DNA of 59,068 bases from an uncultured Clostridia bacterium (GTDB lineage: Bacteria > Bacillota > Clostridia > Christensenellales > CAG-917): the NCBI GenBank assembly GCA_947629635.1, contig CANREO010000001.1:1-59068 (forward strand). Direction: 5' to 3'. Both the position numbers and the translations under genes were made by a program. The notes beneath the pieces were generated by a model. The model searched no databases, was not told the DNA's origin, and saw only the letters and a list, made by a program, of their open reading frames with translations. Below are positions 27,298-36,987 of this stretch, in pieces. Each line of letters starts with the position of its first letter. The stretch's first letter is position 1.

Positions 27298-27792
27298 ATG
27301 TATCGCGAAGAGTTTATGAGAGAAGCGCTTAATGAGGCAAGGCTGTGCGCGTCGTTGGACGAAGTGCCCGTAGGGGCTGTCATCGTGAAGGACGGAAAGA
27401 TAGTAAGCAGGGCCGGCAACAGGAAGGAAAGTAAAAACAACGCCCTTTGTCATGCGGAACTTATTGCTATTGACGCCGCCTCCGCAGCGCTGGGCCATTG
27501 GTGGCTTGAAAATTGCGAGATGTACGTCACGTTGGAGCCCTGCCCCATGTGTGCCGGAGCAATGATAAACGCAAGGATAAAATCGCTGTATTTCGGCGCG
27601 TATGATAAAAAGGGCGGAGGTTGCGGATCCAAAATAGATGTGATGAAGACGGATCTGTTCAATCACAACATAAATGTAAGCGGCGGACATCTTGAAGAAG
27701 AATGCGGCAAGATATTGACCGAATTTTTTGAGAATAAGAGATCGCAAAAGAAACTTGAGAAGAGCAAGACAACAACAGAAAACGATGTTTAA
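27298..27792 (+). CDS. tadA: tRNA adenosine(34) deaminase
   Basis: GAGGTG SD. HAELIAI and PCPMCAGA zinc-ligand motifs. Confidence 0.9.
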   Translation: MYREEFMREALNEARLCASLDEVPVGAVIVKDGKIVSRAGNRKESKNNALCHAELIAIDAASAALGHWWLENCEMYVTLEPCPMCAGAMINARIKSLYFGAYDKKGGGCGSKIDVMKTDLFNHNINVSGGHLEEECGKILTEFFENKRSQKKLEKSKTTTENDV

Positions 27793-27830
27793 ATCCACAA
27801 AAAATACGTATTAACATCTATATTGAAAAC

Positions 27831-27853
27831 AAAGACTGCTCGTGGCAGTCTTT
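27831..27853. terminator. bidirectional terminator between tadA and a convergent mini-ORF
   Basis: AAAGACTGC-tcgtg-GCAGTCTTT, flanked by A-run and T-run. Confidence 0.75.
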
Positions 27854-27964
27854 TCTAAAACTGAGATATATGTTTTATCAAGACGTCGCGAATCGAACGA
27901 GGGGGCGCCTTTTGCGAGTCATCCCGGGTATGAAAAAGTACTCAGGGTAAAGGTTTTTGCTTGC

Positions 27965-28123
27965 TCAAATAACGGCTTGCTGCGTTACGCCCGTTTCGGT
28001 GCCTGTGCTATATCCAAGTTCTTTAGGAGGTATTTCAAAAATACACGCTACTATAGACACTGCAAGCGATATGATTGTGGAAAGCACTATTGCAACTATT
28101 TTCTTTTTCTTATTATTGTCCAT
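27965..28123 (-). CDS. 52-aa single-pass membrane protein
   Basis: GGGAGA SD lies 6 nt before ATG 28123. Translation MDNNKKKKIVAIVLSTIISLAVSIVACIFEIPPKELGYSTGTETGVTQQAVI. The terminator lies downstream. Confidence 0.45.
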   Translation of the reverse strand: MDNNKKKKIVAIVLSTIISLAVSIVACIFEIPPKELGYSTGTETGVTQQAVI

Positions 28124-28249
28124 AACATTCTCCCGATAAGTTATTGCCCACGCGAGATGTACGGCGCCCCCTGTCGATTTCAATATAACATCCGAAAACG
28201 GCCCGATCCAAATTTTTATGTCATAATTTTTTGCAAAACGGTGTGTGTT

Positions 28250-29272
28250 ATGGAATATAGTGTAGGTATGGAAAATTTATACGTGTCTTTTATGGAAACA
28301 AATTGCTCGCAACAAATGTTGTTGGGCAGAAGGGTACGCGATTTTGTGACGCGAGAGTTCGAGGGGCGTGACGGTGTCGGCATGGGAGATGTCAAAAATG
28401 ACGAAATTTGCGCCGTGCTGACGTTGGATATGCCGCTTATAAGTTATGACGACGTCATGAGATACGTCGGCCTGATGCGCATGAGACGCATAAAGAGGAT
28501 AGAGCTTGGCAGACAAGGCGAAGCATACATTTCAATAGGTAACGCGCCATCGGAAGGGATATTTGCGGAGGACGACGCTTTTTTGAAGATATCTGATGCA
28601 AAATCCTACAATATGGTGTATAATCTTTTGAGACAGAAGATATTGCGCGCTCATTTACGGCGAGGCGTAAATATCATCGACATCTCCACTTGCTTCGTAG
28701 ACGATACGGTGAGCCTAGAATCGGGGTCTACAATTATGCCTTTTTGCAGGTTGGAAGGCAACACTTCGGTGGCGCGAGGAGCGACTGTGAGCGCCTCTAC
28801 GATAATCGACGGCTTCGTGGGAGAGGGCGCGACCGTTGAGATGTCGTACATAGTGAGTTCTACGATCGGCTCGCACGCTACGGTAGGGCCATTTGCGCGC
28901 TTGAGAGAGGCGACTGTCGGCGAAGGCTGCCGCGTGGGCGACTTTGTGGAAATAAAAGCGTCCGAGCTCGGAAGAGGCGTCAAGGCGGCGCATTTGGCGT
29001 ATATCGGCGACGCTACCGTAGGCGAGGGAACAAACGTAGGTTGCGGCACTGTATTCTGCAATTATGACGGGCATTTTAAGCACCGTACGGAGGTAGGAAG
29101 AGGCTGCTTTATAGGCGCCAACAGCAATCTTATCGCGCCGCTGAAAGTGGGCGCGGACGCTTTTATTGCGGCAGGCACCACCGTCACAAAGGACGTCGCG
29201 GACGGGTCCTTTACGATAGGGCGAGTGCGACAGGATACGAAAATAAAAGGCGGCGAACGCCTCAAGGAGTGA
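28250..29272 (+). CDS. GlmU-like acetyltransferase with shortened, degenerate N-terminal nucleotidyltransferase domain
   Basis: The left-handed beta-helix half is well conserved (GPFARLR, GDFVEIK, HLAYIGDA, NYDG, IGANSNLIAP, AAGTTVTKDV). The N-terminal half is about 150 aa rather than about 230 and has no GxGTR(M/L) signature. The position before pth-mfd matches the glmU locus of Firmicutes. Confidence 0.7.
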   Translation: MEYSVGMENLYVSFMETNCSQQMLLGRRVRDFVTREFEGRDGVGMGDVKNDEICAVLTLDMPLISYDDVMRYVGLMRMRRIKRIELGRQGEAYISIGNAPSEGIFAEDDAFLKISDAKSYNMVYNLLRQKILRAHLRRGVNIIDISTCFVDDTVSLESGSTIMPFCRLEGNTSVARGATVSASTIIDGFVGEGATVEMSYIVSSTIGSHATVGPFARLREATVGEGCRVGDFVEIKASELGRGVKAAHLAYIGDATVGEGTNVGCGTVFCNYDGHFKHRTEVGRGCFIGANSNLIAPLKVGADAFIAAGTTVTKDVADGSFTIGRVRQDTKIKGGERLKE

Positions 29273-29274
29273 GT

Positions 29275-29841
29275 ATGATACTCATAGTCGGCTTGGGCAA
29301 TCCGGGCATGAAGTACAAAAATACATATCACAATCTCGGCTTTATGGCGATTGACGCTTTGGCAAAAAAGTTGGGCGTAAGATTTACGTCGGAGATGTGC
29401 GATGCGCGAATCGCAAAGGGGAAGACTTTTACGCTTGCCAAACCGCAGACTTTTATGAACGCAAGTGGCGTTGCGGTCGCGGCGCTTGTAAAAAAGCTTT
29501 CCATCGATCCGACGAGTGAGCTTATCGTATGTTACGACGACGTTGACCTGCATTTCGGAAAATTGCGTATGCGCAAAGAGGGCAGCGCCGGTACGCACAA
29601 CGGCATGCGCGACATCGTTGCGAAGTTGGGCACTCGGCAATTCGGCAGGTTGCGCATAGGCTCTTGCACTCCCGAACTCGAAGAGGGGCGCATTGCTTTG
29701 ATCGACTTTGTATTGTCCAAGGTCGAATTCGATTTGAGACCCGAACTTGAAAAAACTATCGACGCCGCAAGCGACGCGCTTAAAGAACTTGCAGAGGGCA
29801 AAGATTTTGCAAGAGTACAAGAAAGAGTAAACAGGGATTGA
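29275..29841 (+). CDS. pth: peptidyl-tRNA hydrolase
   Basis: AAGGAG SD 5 nt before ATG 29275. MILIVGLGNPGMKYKNTYHNLGF. Confidence 0.93.
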   Translation: MILIVGLGNPGMKYKNTYHNLGFMAIDALAKKLGVRFTSEMCDARIAKGKTFTLAKPQTFMNASGVAVAALVKKLSIDPTSELIVCYDDVDLHFGKLRMRKEGSAGTHNGMRDIVAKLGTRQFGRLRIGSCTPELEEGRIALIDFVLSKVEFDLRPELEKTIDAASDALKELAEGKDFARVQERVNRD

Positions 29842-29844
29842 TCG

Positions 29845-32800
29845 GTGAAAACCCCCGAATCTTTGAAATTGAAAAATTTGGGCGAGAAACTGTCCTATTT
29901 GGACGGCCTGTCGCAAAAAAAGCCTACTGACGCTCGTCTGTCGGCCGTAAGCGTTTTGCGCGTGACGGAAGGCGCCAAAGACCATATTCTCGCACAACTG
30001 CCATGCAGGCGGCTTGTGGTCACGGCCGATCCGCTTGCGGCGCGCAGCCTCGTCAGAAAGCTGGAGGGATGGGGAGTCAAAGCGAGTGTTTTGCCGCATA
30101 GAGACGACATGCTTATGGCGCACAAGATCTTCTCGCGCTCTACGATGCACGAGAGAGCGCAGACGCTTGCGCTTGCCGCGGCAAACGAAGCGGAAGTCAT
30201 AGTGACAAGCGCGGACAGCCTTTTGCAGCGTTTTCCGTCAAGGAGACTCGTGGCAAGATTTTCCGTAAGGCTTAAAAAAGAAGATGTCATAGCGCCGTCC
30301 GATCTTTCGAAAAAACTGGTTTCGGCCGGATATATAAGGCAAGACATGGTCGCGGAAATCGGTGATTTTGCTCTTCGCGGCGACATATTGGACATTTATT
30401 CTCCCGATAAACGAGTTTACAGAATAAATTTTTTCGATGAGTTGATAGAGAATATCAAAATCATAGACATCGACTCTATGATGCCTATCGGTGAGATAAA
30501 CGATATTTTACTCGCGCCGATGAGCGACATTTTGCTCGACGAAAAAGGCTTCGAAGAGGCAAACGAAGCAATTGGCATGCATATAAACGCCAAACATGCG
30601 CCCGAATGTAAGAGTGAACTTTCCGTGGGCGCGATAGACGCTTCCAACGTATGGGTGACGCCGTTTATAGCCTCTTGTACGCAGACCATATTGGAATTTC
30701 TGAAAGACGGCGAACCTTTTATTGTCGTATTTGACGAACCGAAAGTAGTTTGGGAAAAGTTGAATATTCTGAAAAGAGAGTTTGACGGGAGAGTGAGATC
30801 TTTGCTCGACGCAAGCGAAATATTGCCAATGCATGCCGACGCGTGCATATCTTTGAACGAACTTAGCAGACAGTTGCTCGGCGTACGCAAATTCAGTTTT
30901 TCTTCATTGAGTTTGGGAAATCCAATTTTCGAACCGAAATATACGGTCGAACCGATATGTAAACCGGTATCCAAGTATTATCTCGATCCTCAGAGCATAT
31001 TCGTGGATCTGAAGACATTTCTCGCAAACGGCATGCGAATCATTTTCGCATGCGGTTCCAAAGAGCGTGCCATGGGTATTGCGGAAAGTTTGCGACAAAA
31101 CGACGTCTATGCTCAATACAGCGAGGACGGCGACTGCATCGACGGCGTGACGGTGACTCCGTTAAAAATAGAAACGGGCGTCATATATCCTTCCGCAAAA
31201 CTTGTGCTTATAGGCACGGCCGAGTGTATAGGCAAACAACATGCTAAGAGCGTCGGCTCGGGGCTGAACGACAAAAAATTCACCGCTCCCAAGGCCGGGG
31301 ACTACGTTGTGCATCGCGTGCATGGCGTGGGGCTTTGCGAAGGCACCGTCATCATGCGTACGGGCGATTTTGACAGAGAATATATCGTGCTGAAATATCG
31401 TGACGGCGATACGCTTTACGTAGCCACCGATCAAATGAGCAATTTGCAAAAGTTTGTCGGTGAAGAGCATCCTGCGCTCAACAAACTCGGCGGCAAAGAG
31501 TTTGAGCGCGAGAAGGAAAAAGTTCGCGCCTCCGTGCGCAAACTCGCCGTAAATTTGATAGATTTGTACGCCAAGCGCGAAAAACAGAGCGGATTTAAGT
31601 ATAGCGAAGATACTGTGTGGCAAAAAGAGTTCGAAGACGCGTTCGAATATGAGGAAACGGCGGATCAGCTGAAGGCCATAGATGACGTCAAGCGCGATAT
31701 GGAACAGGGCAGAATAATGGACAGGCTGCTCGTCGGCGACGTGGGCTTCGGCAAGACGGAAGTGGCGTTTCGCGCCATGTTTAAAACGGTATTGGACAAT
31801 AAACAGGCGGTTTTGCTTGCGCCTACGACAATACTTGCAAAACAACATTTCGAAAATCTGCAACGTCGTCTCAAGCCGTTCGGCATAAAGTGCGGTCTGC
31901 TGACAAGGCTTCAGTCTGCTAAGGAAAATTCCGAGTTGATTGCCGGGCTTAAGGAGGGCAGCGTACATATGGCGGTCGCGACCCACAAAGTGCTCGGCGA
32001 TAAGGTGGAATTCAAAGATCTGGGACTTTTGGTGCTTGACGAGGAGCAGCGCTTCGGAGTTGAACATAAGGAAAAACTCAAAGAGAAATATCCACTCGTA
32101 AATGTGCTTACGCTGTCCGCGACGCCCATTCCGCGGACGCTGAATATGTCTCTTTCGGGTATAAGAGATATATCTATGCTGGAAACGCCGCCGGAGGGGA
32201 GACTCCCCGTGCAGACCTATGTAATAGTGTATAGCGACGCGCTCTGCGAGGACGCAGTCAACAGGGAGTTGTCCAGGGGCGGACAGACTCTTGTGCTTAT
32301 AAACGATATTCAAAGGTTGGACAACTTCGCCGAGAGGCTTCGAACTCTATGTCCGCAGGCGAAGATCGTGACTGCGCACGGACAATTGCCGTCGCATATT
32401 CTCGAGAGGCGCATAGGCGATTTCTATGCTAAAAAATACGATGTTTTGGTGTCAACGACGATAATAGAAAATGGCATAGATTTGCCCGACGCAAATACGC
32501 TTATAGTCATTGACAGCGAAAGATTCGGATTGTCGCAACTTTATCAGTTGAGGGGGCGCGTAGGCAGAAGGGGCACTCTTGCCCACGCTTACTTTACCGT
32601 CCCCGAAAACGGAATACTCAGCACTACGGCGGATAAACGTCTCAAAACTCTCCTTGATAATACGGAAATAGGCAGCGGCTTTCGAGTGGCGCTGTCGGAC
32701 CTCTCTATAAGAGGCGCCGGGACATTGCTTGGCGCAGAGCAGAGCGGACATATAGAAAAAGTGGGTTACGAGATGTATCTAGAATTGCTCGAAGAGGCGG

Positions 32801-33273
32801 TGCAAGAAATAAAGACCGGCGTCGCCGGCAAGCCCGTGAGGGATGTCGAGATGAAAGTAGATGCCGCCGCGTACATCAGAGAAGGTTATGTCAGCATGCG
32901 CGACAAACTCAGGGTATACAAGCAAATTGCGTCGGTCTCGGGCGAAACTTCAAGAAGCAATTTGTTAAAAGAACTTGCCGAGGTCTACGGACCCGTGGAT
33001 GTTCCGCTTGAAAATTTAATAAATATTGCCATGCTCAAAAATTTTGCCGCGAACTACGGTGTCTCGCGCATAGTCATAAATAAAAACGGAGCCGTAGCGA
33101 ACTTTTATGAGGCGGACGCATTTTCAAACGAGCCGCTGATGAGAGCAATTGCGGAGCATGGCGACAAGGTCATGCTTACCAACACTATTCCGCCGTCTCT
33201 CATCTTCGAAGTGACGGGGCAGAGCGCCGAACAAAGGATAAAAACGATGTTGGACTTTTTCGCTTCGATTTGA
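29845..33273 (+). CDS. mfd: transcription-repair coupling factor
   Basis: 1142 aa. CarD-like GDYVVHRVHGVG. Superfamily 2 helicase motifs GDVGFGKTEV, DEEQRFG, LSATPIPRT, QLRGRVGR. GTG start. Confidence 0.95.
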   Translation: MKTPESLKLKNLGEKLSYLDGLSQKKPTDARLSAVSVLRVTEGAKDHILAQLPCRRLVVTADPLAARSLVRKLEGWGVKASVLPHRDDMLMAHKIFSRSTMHERAQTLALAAANEAEVIVTSADSLLQRFPSRRLVARFSVRLKKEDVIAPSDLSKKLVSAGYIRQDMVAEIGDFALRGDILDIYSPDKRVYRINFFDELIENIKIIDIDSMMPIGEINDILLAPMSDILLDEKGFEEANEAIGMHINAKHAPECKSELSVGAIDASNVWVTPFIASCTQTILEFLKDGEPFIVVFDEPKVVWEKLNILKREFDGRVRSLLDASEILPMHADACISLNELSRQLLGVRKFSFSSLSLGNPIFEPKYTVEPICKPVSKYYLDPQSIFVDLKTFLANGMRIIFACGSKERAMGIAESLRQNDVYAQYSEDGDCIDGVTVTPLKIETGVIYPSAKLVLIGTAECIGKQHAKSVGSGLNDKKFTAPKAGDYVVHRVHGVGLCEGTVIMRTGDFDREYIVLKYRDGDTLYVATDQMSNLQKFVGEEHPALNKLGGKEFEREKEKVRASVRKLAVNLIDLYAKREKQSGFKYSEDTVWQKEFEDAFEYEETADQLKAIDDVKRDMEQGRIMDRLLVGDVGFGKTEVAFRAMFKTVLDNKQAVLLAPTTILAKQHFENLQRRLKPFGIKCGLLTRLQSAKENSELIAGLKEGSVHMAVATHKVLGDKVEFKDLGLLVLDEEQRFGVEHKEKLKEKYPLVNVLTLSATPIPRTLNMSLSGIRDISMLETPPEGRLPVQTYVIVYSDALCEDAVNRELSRGGQTLVLINDIQRLDNFAERLRTLCPQAKIVTAHGQLPSHILERRIGDFYAKKYDVLVSTTIIENGIDLPDANTLIVIDSERFGLSQLYQLRGRVGRRGTLAHAYFTVPENGILSTTADKRLKTLLDNTEIGSGFRVALSDLSIRGAGTLLGAEQSGHIEKVGYEMYLELLEEAVQEIKTGVAGKPVRDVEMKVDAAAYIREGYVSMRDKLRVYKQIASVSGETSRSNLLKELAEVYGPVDVPLENLINIAMLKNFAANYGVSRIVINKNGAVANFYEADAFSNEPLMRAIAEHGDKVMLTNTIPPSLIFEVTGQSAEQRIKTMLDFFASI

Positions 33274-33346
33274 AGATATTGTCACTACTGACGCTTTAAA
33301 TAACCAATTCTATATTTTAATATGCATTTATTGAGTTTATATATGT

Positions 33347-33370
33347 AAGGCTCCGCTTTCGCGGAGCCTT
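33347..33370. terminator. bidirectional terminator between mfd and the collagen-like gene
   Basis: AAGGCTCCGC-tttc-GCGGAGCCTT. Confidence 0.85.
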
Positions 33371-33373
33371 GAT

Positions 33374-34399
33374 TCATGCAATTCTGACTACAGTCAAATA
33401 TGCGTCCGAAAGCGTCACTGCCTGTGCGGTAGCGTTGTATATCGACAGAGGCGTTGAGACTGCGGCTGTATAAAGTACGGTCTTGCTCACGTTTCCGAAA
33501 GTATCTGCGCCGGCTTCGTCGGTGATCGTTGCGCCGTCTACGCCCACCCCTTCTGCGTATAGTTGAACCGATAGGCTGTTTCCGGTTGCATTTACGCCCG
33601 ACGCGCCGTAGCTTACCAGATAAGTGCCTGCCGGCACGGTGATCTCATTTGTGGCGAAGGTGACTCCTGTGCCGGTCGGAGACGCGGTTTCGACAAGAGG
33701 GATTATACTTGTTGCGCCAACCGTCTGCGTGCCGTTTGCGGCATACATCGAGTCTGTAGTGACTGGTGCCGGGATCCCGAAAGCGAAGTCGAAGACCTGT
33801 GCGGTCGCGGGACCGCTTGCAGTGACCGTCACCGTCGGTTCCGCACCCACGGCCAACTCGTCGATGGTTGCGGTGGGCTCGCCGAATCCTGCGGCGGCTC
33901 CGTCTGCGCCGGCGGGACCTGTAGGCCCTACTGCGCCTTGAGGAATGCCGAATTCAAACGAGAATATTTTTGCGGTGTCGGGTCCCGTTGCCGTCACCGT
34001 TGCAGTTGCCGCGGAACCGCTTGCAAGAGTTGTGGCGGTCGCCGTGGGAGTGCCGAATCCGGCTGCCGCGCCGTCAACGCCGTTTGCGCCGGCCGGACCC
34101 TGAGGTCCCGTCGCGCCCGTTGCGCCTTGAGGTCCCGTTGCGCCGGGAACGCCTTGAGGGCCTTGAGGACCGACTGCTCCTTGCGGACCGATAGGACCCA
34201 TCGGCCCCTGCGGACCTACCGGACCTTGTGGGCCGGGGATATAGGCTGTATTTAGACGGTTGCATCCGCATCCGTTCTGATTGTAACCTATATAGCCGAA
34301 ATTGCCGGACATGCCGTTGCCCATATTTATTGCGCTTTGATAGTTAGGATAGGGGAAATTTTGCGAGTTGCCCCGATTGCAGCAAGAATTAAAAAACAT
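33374..34399 (-). CDS. collagen-like triple-helix repeat protein, BclA-like (putative exosporium or spore-surface glycoprotein)
   Basis: GGAGG SD. A Cys/Asn/Gly-rich N-terminus is followed by 19 consecutive GXY triplets, then two copies of a roughly 45-aa module separated by 4-5 GXY triplets. The C-terminal beta-rich domain of about 130 aa ends ..AYLTVVRIA, as in BclA-type C1q-like domains. Confidence 0.7.
   Translation of the reverse strand: MFFNSCCNRGNSQNFPYPNYQSAINMGNGMSGNFGYIGYNQNGCGCNRLNTAYIPGPQGPVGPQGPMGPIGPQGAVGPQGPQGVPGATGPQGATGATGPQGPAGANGVDGAAAGFGTPTATATTLASGSAATATVTATGPDTAKIFSFEFGIPQGAVGPTGPAGADGAAAGFGEPTATIDELAVGAEPTVTVTASGPATAQVFDFAFGIPAPVTTDSMYAANGTQTVGATSIIPLVETASPTGTGVTFATNEITVPAGTYLVSYGASGVNATGNSLSVQLYAEGVGVDGATITDEAGADTFGNVSKTVLYTAAVSTPLSIYNATAQAVTLSDAYLTVVRIA
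34064..34234 (-). repeat. GXY collagen triplet array (19 triplets)
   Basis: [57 protein letters not shown]. The GC-rich periodic DNA also produces the shadow ORFs in the track. Confidence 0.9.
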
Positions 34400-34572
34400 A
34401 GATAACCTCCGATTTTTTATGTACCCGTTTACAACCGGAGATTTATGTTATATACTATTCACAATAAAAAATTTGCGTGCACGGGTGTGCAGAGATAAAA
34501 GTTGTAACCTTTTGCGCACTGAAAAGTTTATATAGTGAAATTTGTAAGGAGAGGGCATATGCCTTTGACGAT

Positions 34573-35862
34573 ATGAAAAAGAGATATAAAGCGCAAATGT
34601 GGGATAGGATGCAATTTCTGTTTAGACATTTTTACGACAGAATGGTGCATATGCAGTTTGTGTACGAGGGGCGCTTGGACAGGGTCGCCTTTGAGAAGGC
34701 GATCAAATTTATGGTTGACGCCGAGCCGATTTTACACAGCAGTTTCCATATGACGATATTCAGACCTTATTGGAGAGATGAGCCGTACAAAATAGAGGAT
34801 ATAGTCAGCTACTCGGAGTGCGATGACGCCGTCGCGGCCGCCGACGAATTTTTGACCGGGGTAATTCCGTTCCATAATAATGTTCAACTCAAAATCGCGG
34901 TATTCGAGCAGGATGTGAAGAGCGTGATCGCCATACGTATAAACCATATGTGCATGGACGGCTCCGACGCCAAAACCTTCCTCATGATGCTTATAGACAA
35001 TTATAATCATCTGTTGAGAGGCGAAGAAAATTTAATGCAAACAAAATCCGGCGACAGATCTTTCAAACAGGTATATTCCAAGTTTAAAGGCGAAGATCTG
35101 AAAGAGGCGCTCGGATTATATAAAAATATAGCGAAATGCAAAGACAAGGTGACGTTCCCGTGGACTCCGCGCTCCAAGGAAGATGTCAATCGCATCGTGC
35201 GCCGCGACATTTCGGCGGAAAGATTTGCCGAACTGCGAGCAAAGACCAAAGAGCTTGGCGTCACAGTAAACGACGCCATTATGACAATAGTTGTTCGCAC
35301 GATCTACGAGCTTTGTGGGCTTGCGGCCGACGACAGCGTCACGGTATCCTGCGCGATTGACTTGCGCAAACACATCGTCGAGGGCGGCGCAAACGGAGGT
35401 TTTACCAACCACACCGCATGGCTTGCGTGCCGTACGCTCGAGCGCGGCGACGACATAAGCGACACTTTGAAAAAGGTTCTCGCCTCTATGAATGATTTCA
35501 AGCAGGACAAATTTATAGGGTTGCATTCATTGCCGCTTCTTAATCTGGGCTTCACTATCTTTCCGCAACATCTTGCGGAGTTCGCGATCAAACTCGGCTA
35601 TGACAATCCCAGACTCGCCGTCAGCAATATGGGTGTGCTCGACGATGCTAAGCTGACTTTCGACGGCATGAAACTTATCGACGGCTTCATTTCGGGCGCT
35701 GTCAAATATAAACCTTACTTCCTCATGAGCGTAACGACTTTACTTGGCAAAATGACCCTCACCACAACCACGCACGGGACGGAAAAGGACGTTGAAATTT
35801 TAAACAAATACTTCGATATTATAGAGAAAAACTTGGATGCATTTATATCTATAGAAAAATGA
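34573..35862 (+). CDS. HxxxD-motif acyltransferase (condensation-domain / WS-DGAT / PapA5-like)
   Basis: About 430 aa. INHMCMDGSDAKTF matches the (H)HxxxDG catalytic motif at the usual position about one third into the protein. ATG 34573 is the only plausible start. Confidence 0.55.
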   Translation: MKKRYKAQMWDRMQFLFRHFYDRMVHMQFVYEGRLDRVAFEKAIKFMVDAEPILHSSFHMTIFRPYWRDEPYKIEDIVSYSECDDAVAAADEFLTGVIPFHNNVQLKIAVFEQDVKSVIAIRINHMCMDGSDAKTFLMMLIDNYNHLLRGEENLMQTKSGDRSFKQVYSKFKGEDLKEALGLYKNIAKCKDKVTFPWTPRSKEDVNRIVRRDISAERFAELRAKTKELGVTVNDAIMTIVVRTIYELCGLAADDSVTVSCAIDLRKHIVEGGANGGFTNHTAWLACRTLERGDDISDTLKKVLASMNDFKQDKFIGLHSLPLLNLGFTIFPQHLAEFAIKLGYDNPRLAVSNMGVLDDAKLTFDGMKLIDGFISGAVKYKPYFLMSVTTLLGKMTLTTTTHGTEKDVEILNKYFDIIEKNLDAFISIEK

Positions 35863-35889
35863 ATTAAATCCAAACAAAAAACAAAACCT

Positions 35890-35918
35890 GCGGTTTACCG
35901 ATGTGTAAACCGCTTTTT
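35890..35918 (+). terminator. rho-independent terminator
   Basis: GCGGTTTAC-cgatgt-GTAAACCGC followed by TTTTT. Confidence 0.85.
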
Positions 35919-36066
35919 ATTTGTCGATTTTGCTTTTACACTAAAATTTTGTTTTTCGAATCGCCTTCGCGCGCGAAGGAGAGTTCGACTTAAATAATTC
36001 AAAAGTCTTGCGGTCGCCTTCTATGTGTGCTAAAATTGTTGCAATAAAAGAATAGAGGTTAATATT

Positions 36067-36981
36067 ATGACGCTTGCGCAATTTTTGTTCAAATTTATCG
36101 ATAAAGCTTTCGATCGCGGTCAAAATAAAAACAAGGCGCTCCGCTTCAAAGGCATCAACTTCGAGACGGAGACGGATGTTTCTTATGGCGAGGGCGAACT
36201 TCAGAAGTTGGATATTTGCTATATCAGGAAGCAAGACGGCGGCAAATACCCTGTATTCTTCTACATACACGGCGGCGGCTTCGTAGCCGGCGACAAACAT
36301 CATAGAAGGGGCCTGGCGAAATGGGCGGCGAATCAGGGCTACTTTGTTGTCAACGTTAACTATGCGCTAGGTCCTAAGCAAAAATTTCCCGCTTGCATAA
36401 AAGATTTGGTTTCCGCTCTCAATTGGGTGGGGGATAATGCCCAAAAGTATAACCTGGACACGGACAATATGATGGTTTCGGGCGATAGCGCCGGCGGCTA
36501 TTTTTCCGTTATGCTGTCATGCGTCGCGACAAATTCGGCCTTGCAAGAAAGGTTTGGCGTGCATACGGAACTTTGTTTCCGTTATGCGTTGATCGACTGC
36601 GGTATTTATGATCTCAACGAAGCGCTGAGTCAAAAGATGCCTTTCAGACTTACAGACAGGATACTGTATGATTTCAGCGGAGTGCATATAAAAGAGTTGG
36701 ACGGTTATGAATATAAGGATGTGCTTGCTCCGTTAAATTTGGTCGACGCAAGTTTTCCCACTTCCTTTATCTCATATGCCGAAAAGGATATCTTTTGCAA
36801 AGGGCAGGGGCCTAAGCTCATCGCCAAACTTCAAGAACTCGGCGTGCACGTGGAGGAGCATCACTCGACAAAGCTTATGGACAATCATTGCTATCCGCTC
36901 AACTGGACAAAGGGCGCGGCTAAGGAAAACGTAAAACTTTCGGAGGATTTTTTGAGGAGAGCCGCGGCAAGAGAGGTTTAA
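36067..36981 (+). CDS. alpha/beta hydrolase, HSL-type esterase/lipase
   Basis: HGGGF oxyanion motif and GDSAGG nucleophile elbow. Confidence 0.85.
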   Translation: MTLAQFLFKFIDKAFDRGQNKNKALRFKGINFETETDVSYGEGELQKLDICYIRKQDGGKYPVFFYIHGGGFVAGDKHHRRGLAKWAANQGYFVVNVNYALGPKQKFPACIKDLVSALNWVGDNAQKYNLDTDNMMVSGDSAGGYFSVMLSCVATNSALQERFGVHTELCFRYALIDCGIYDLNEALSQKMPFRLTDRILYDFSGVHIKELDGYEYKDVLAPLNLVDASFPTSFISYAEKDIFCKGQGPKLIAKLQELGVHVEEHHSTKLMDNHCYPLNWTKGAAKENVKLSEDFLRRAAAREV

Positions 36982-36987
36982 GGCAGT

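Noticed and set aside
29062-32313. Minus-strand ORFs of 362 aa (29062-30150) and 383 aa (31162-32313).
   Set aside because: They are antisense to the glmU-like end, pth and mfd, all of which have unambiguous family signatures.
33938-34271. Three Arg/Ser/Cys-rich ORFs on both strands inside the collagen-repeat region.
   Set aside because: They are frame shadows of the GC-rich GXY-encoding periodic DNA.
35964-35979. 16-bp perfect palindrome CCTTCGCGCGCGAAGG upstream of the esterase gene.
   Set aside because: It is isolated, short and GC-only, with no T-run and no second copy in the window. I cannot distinguish it from chance.
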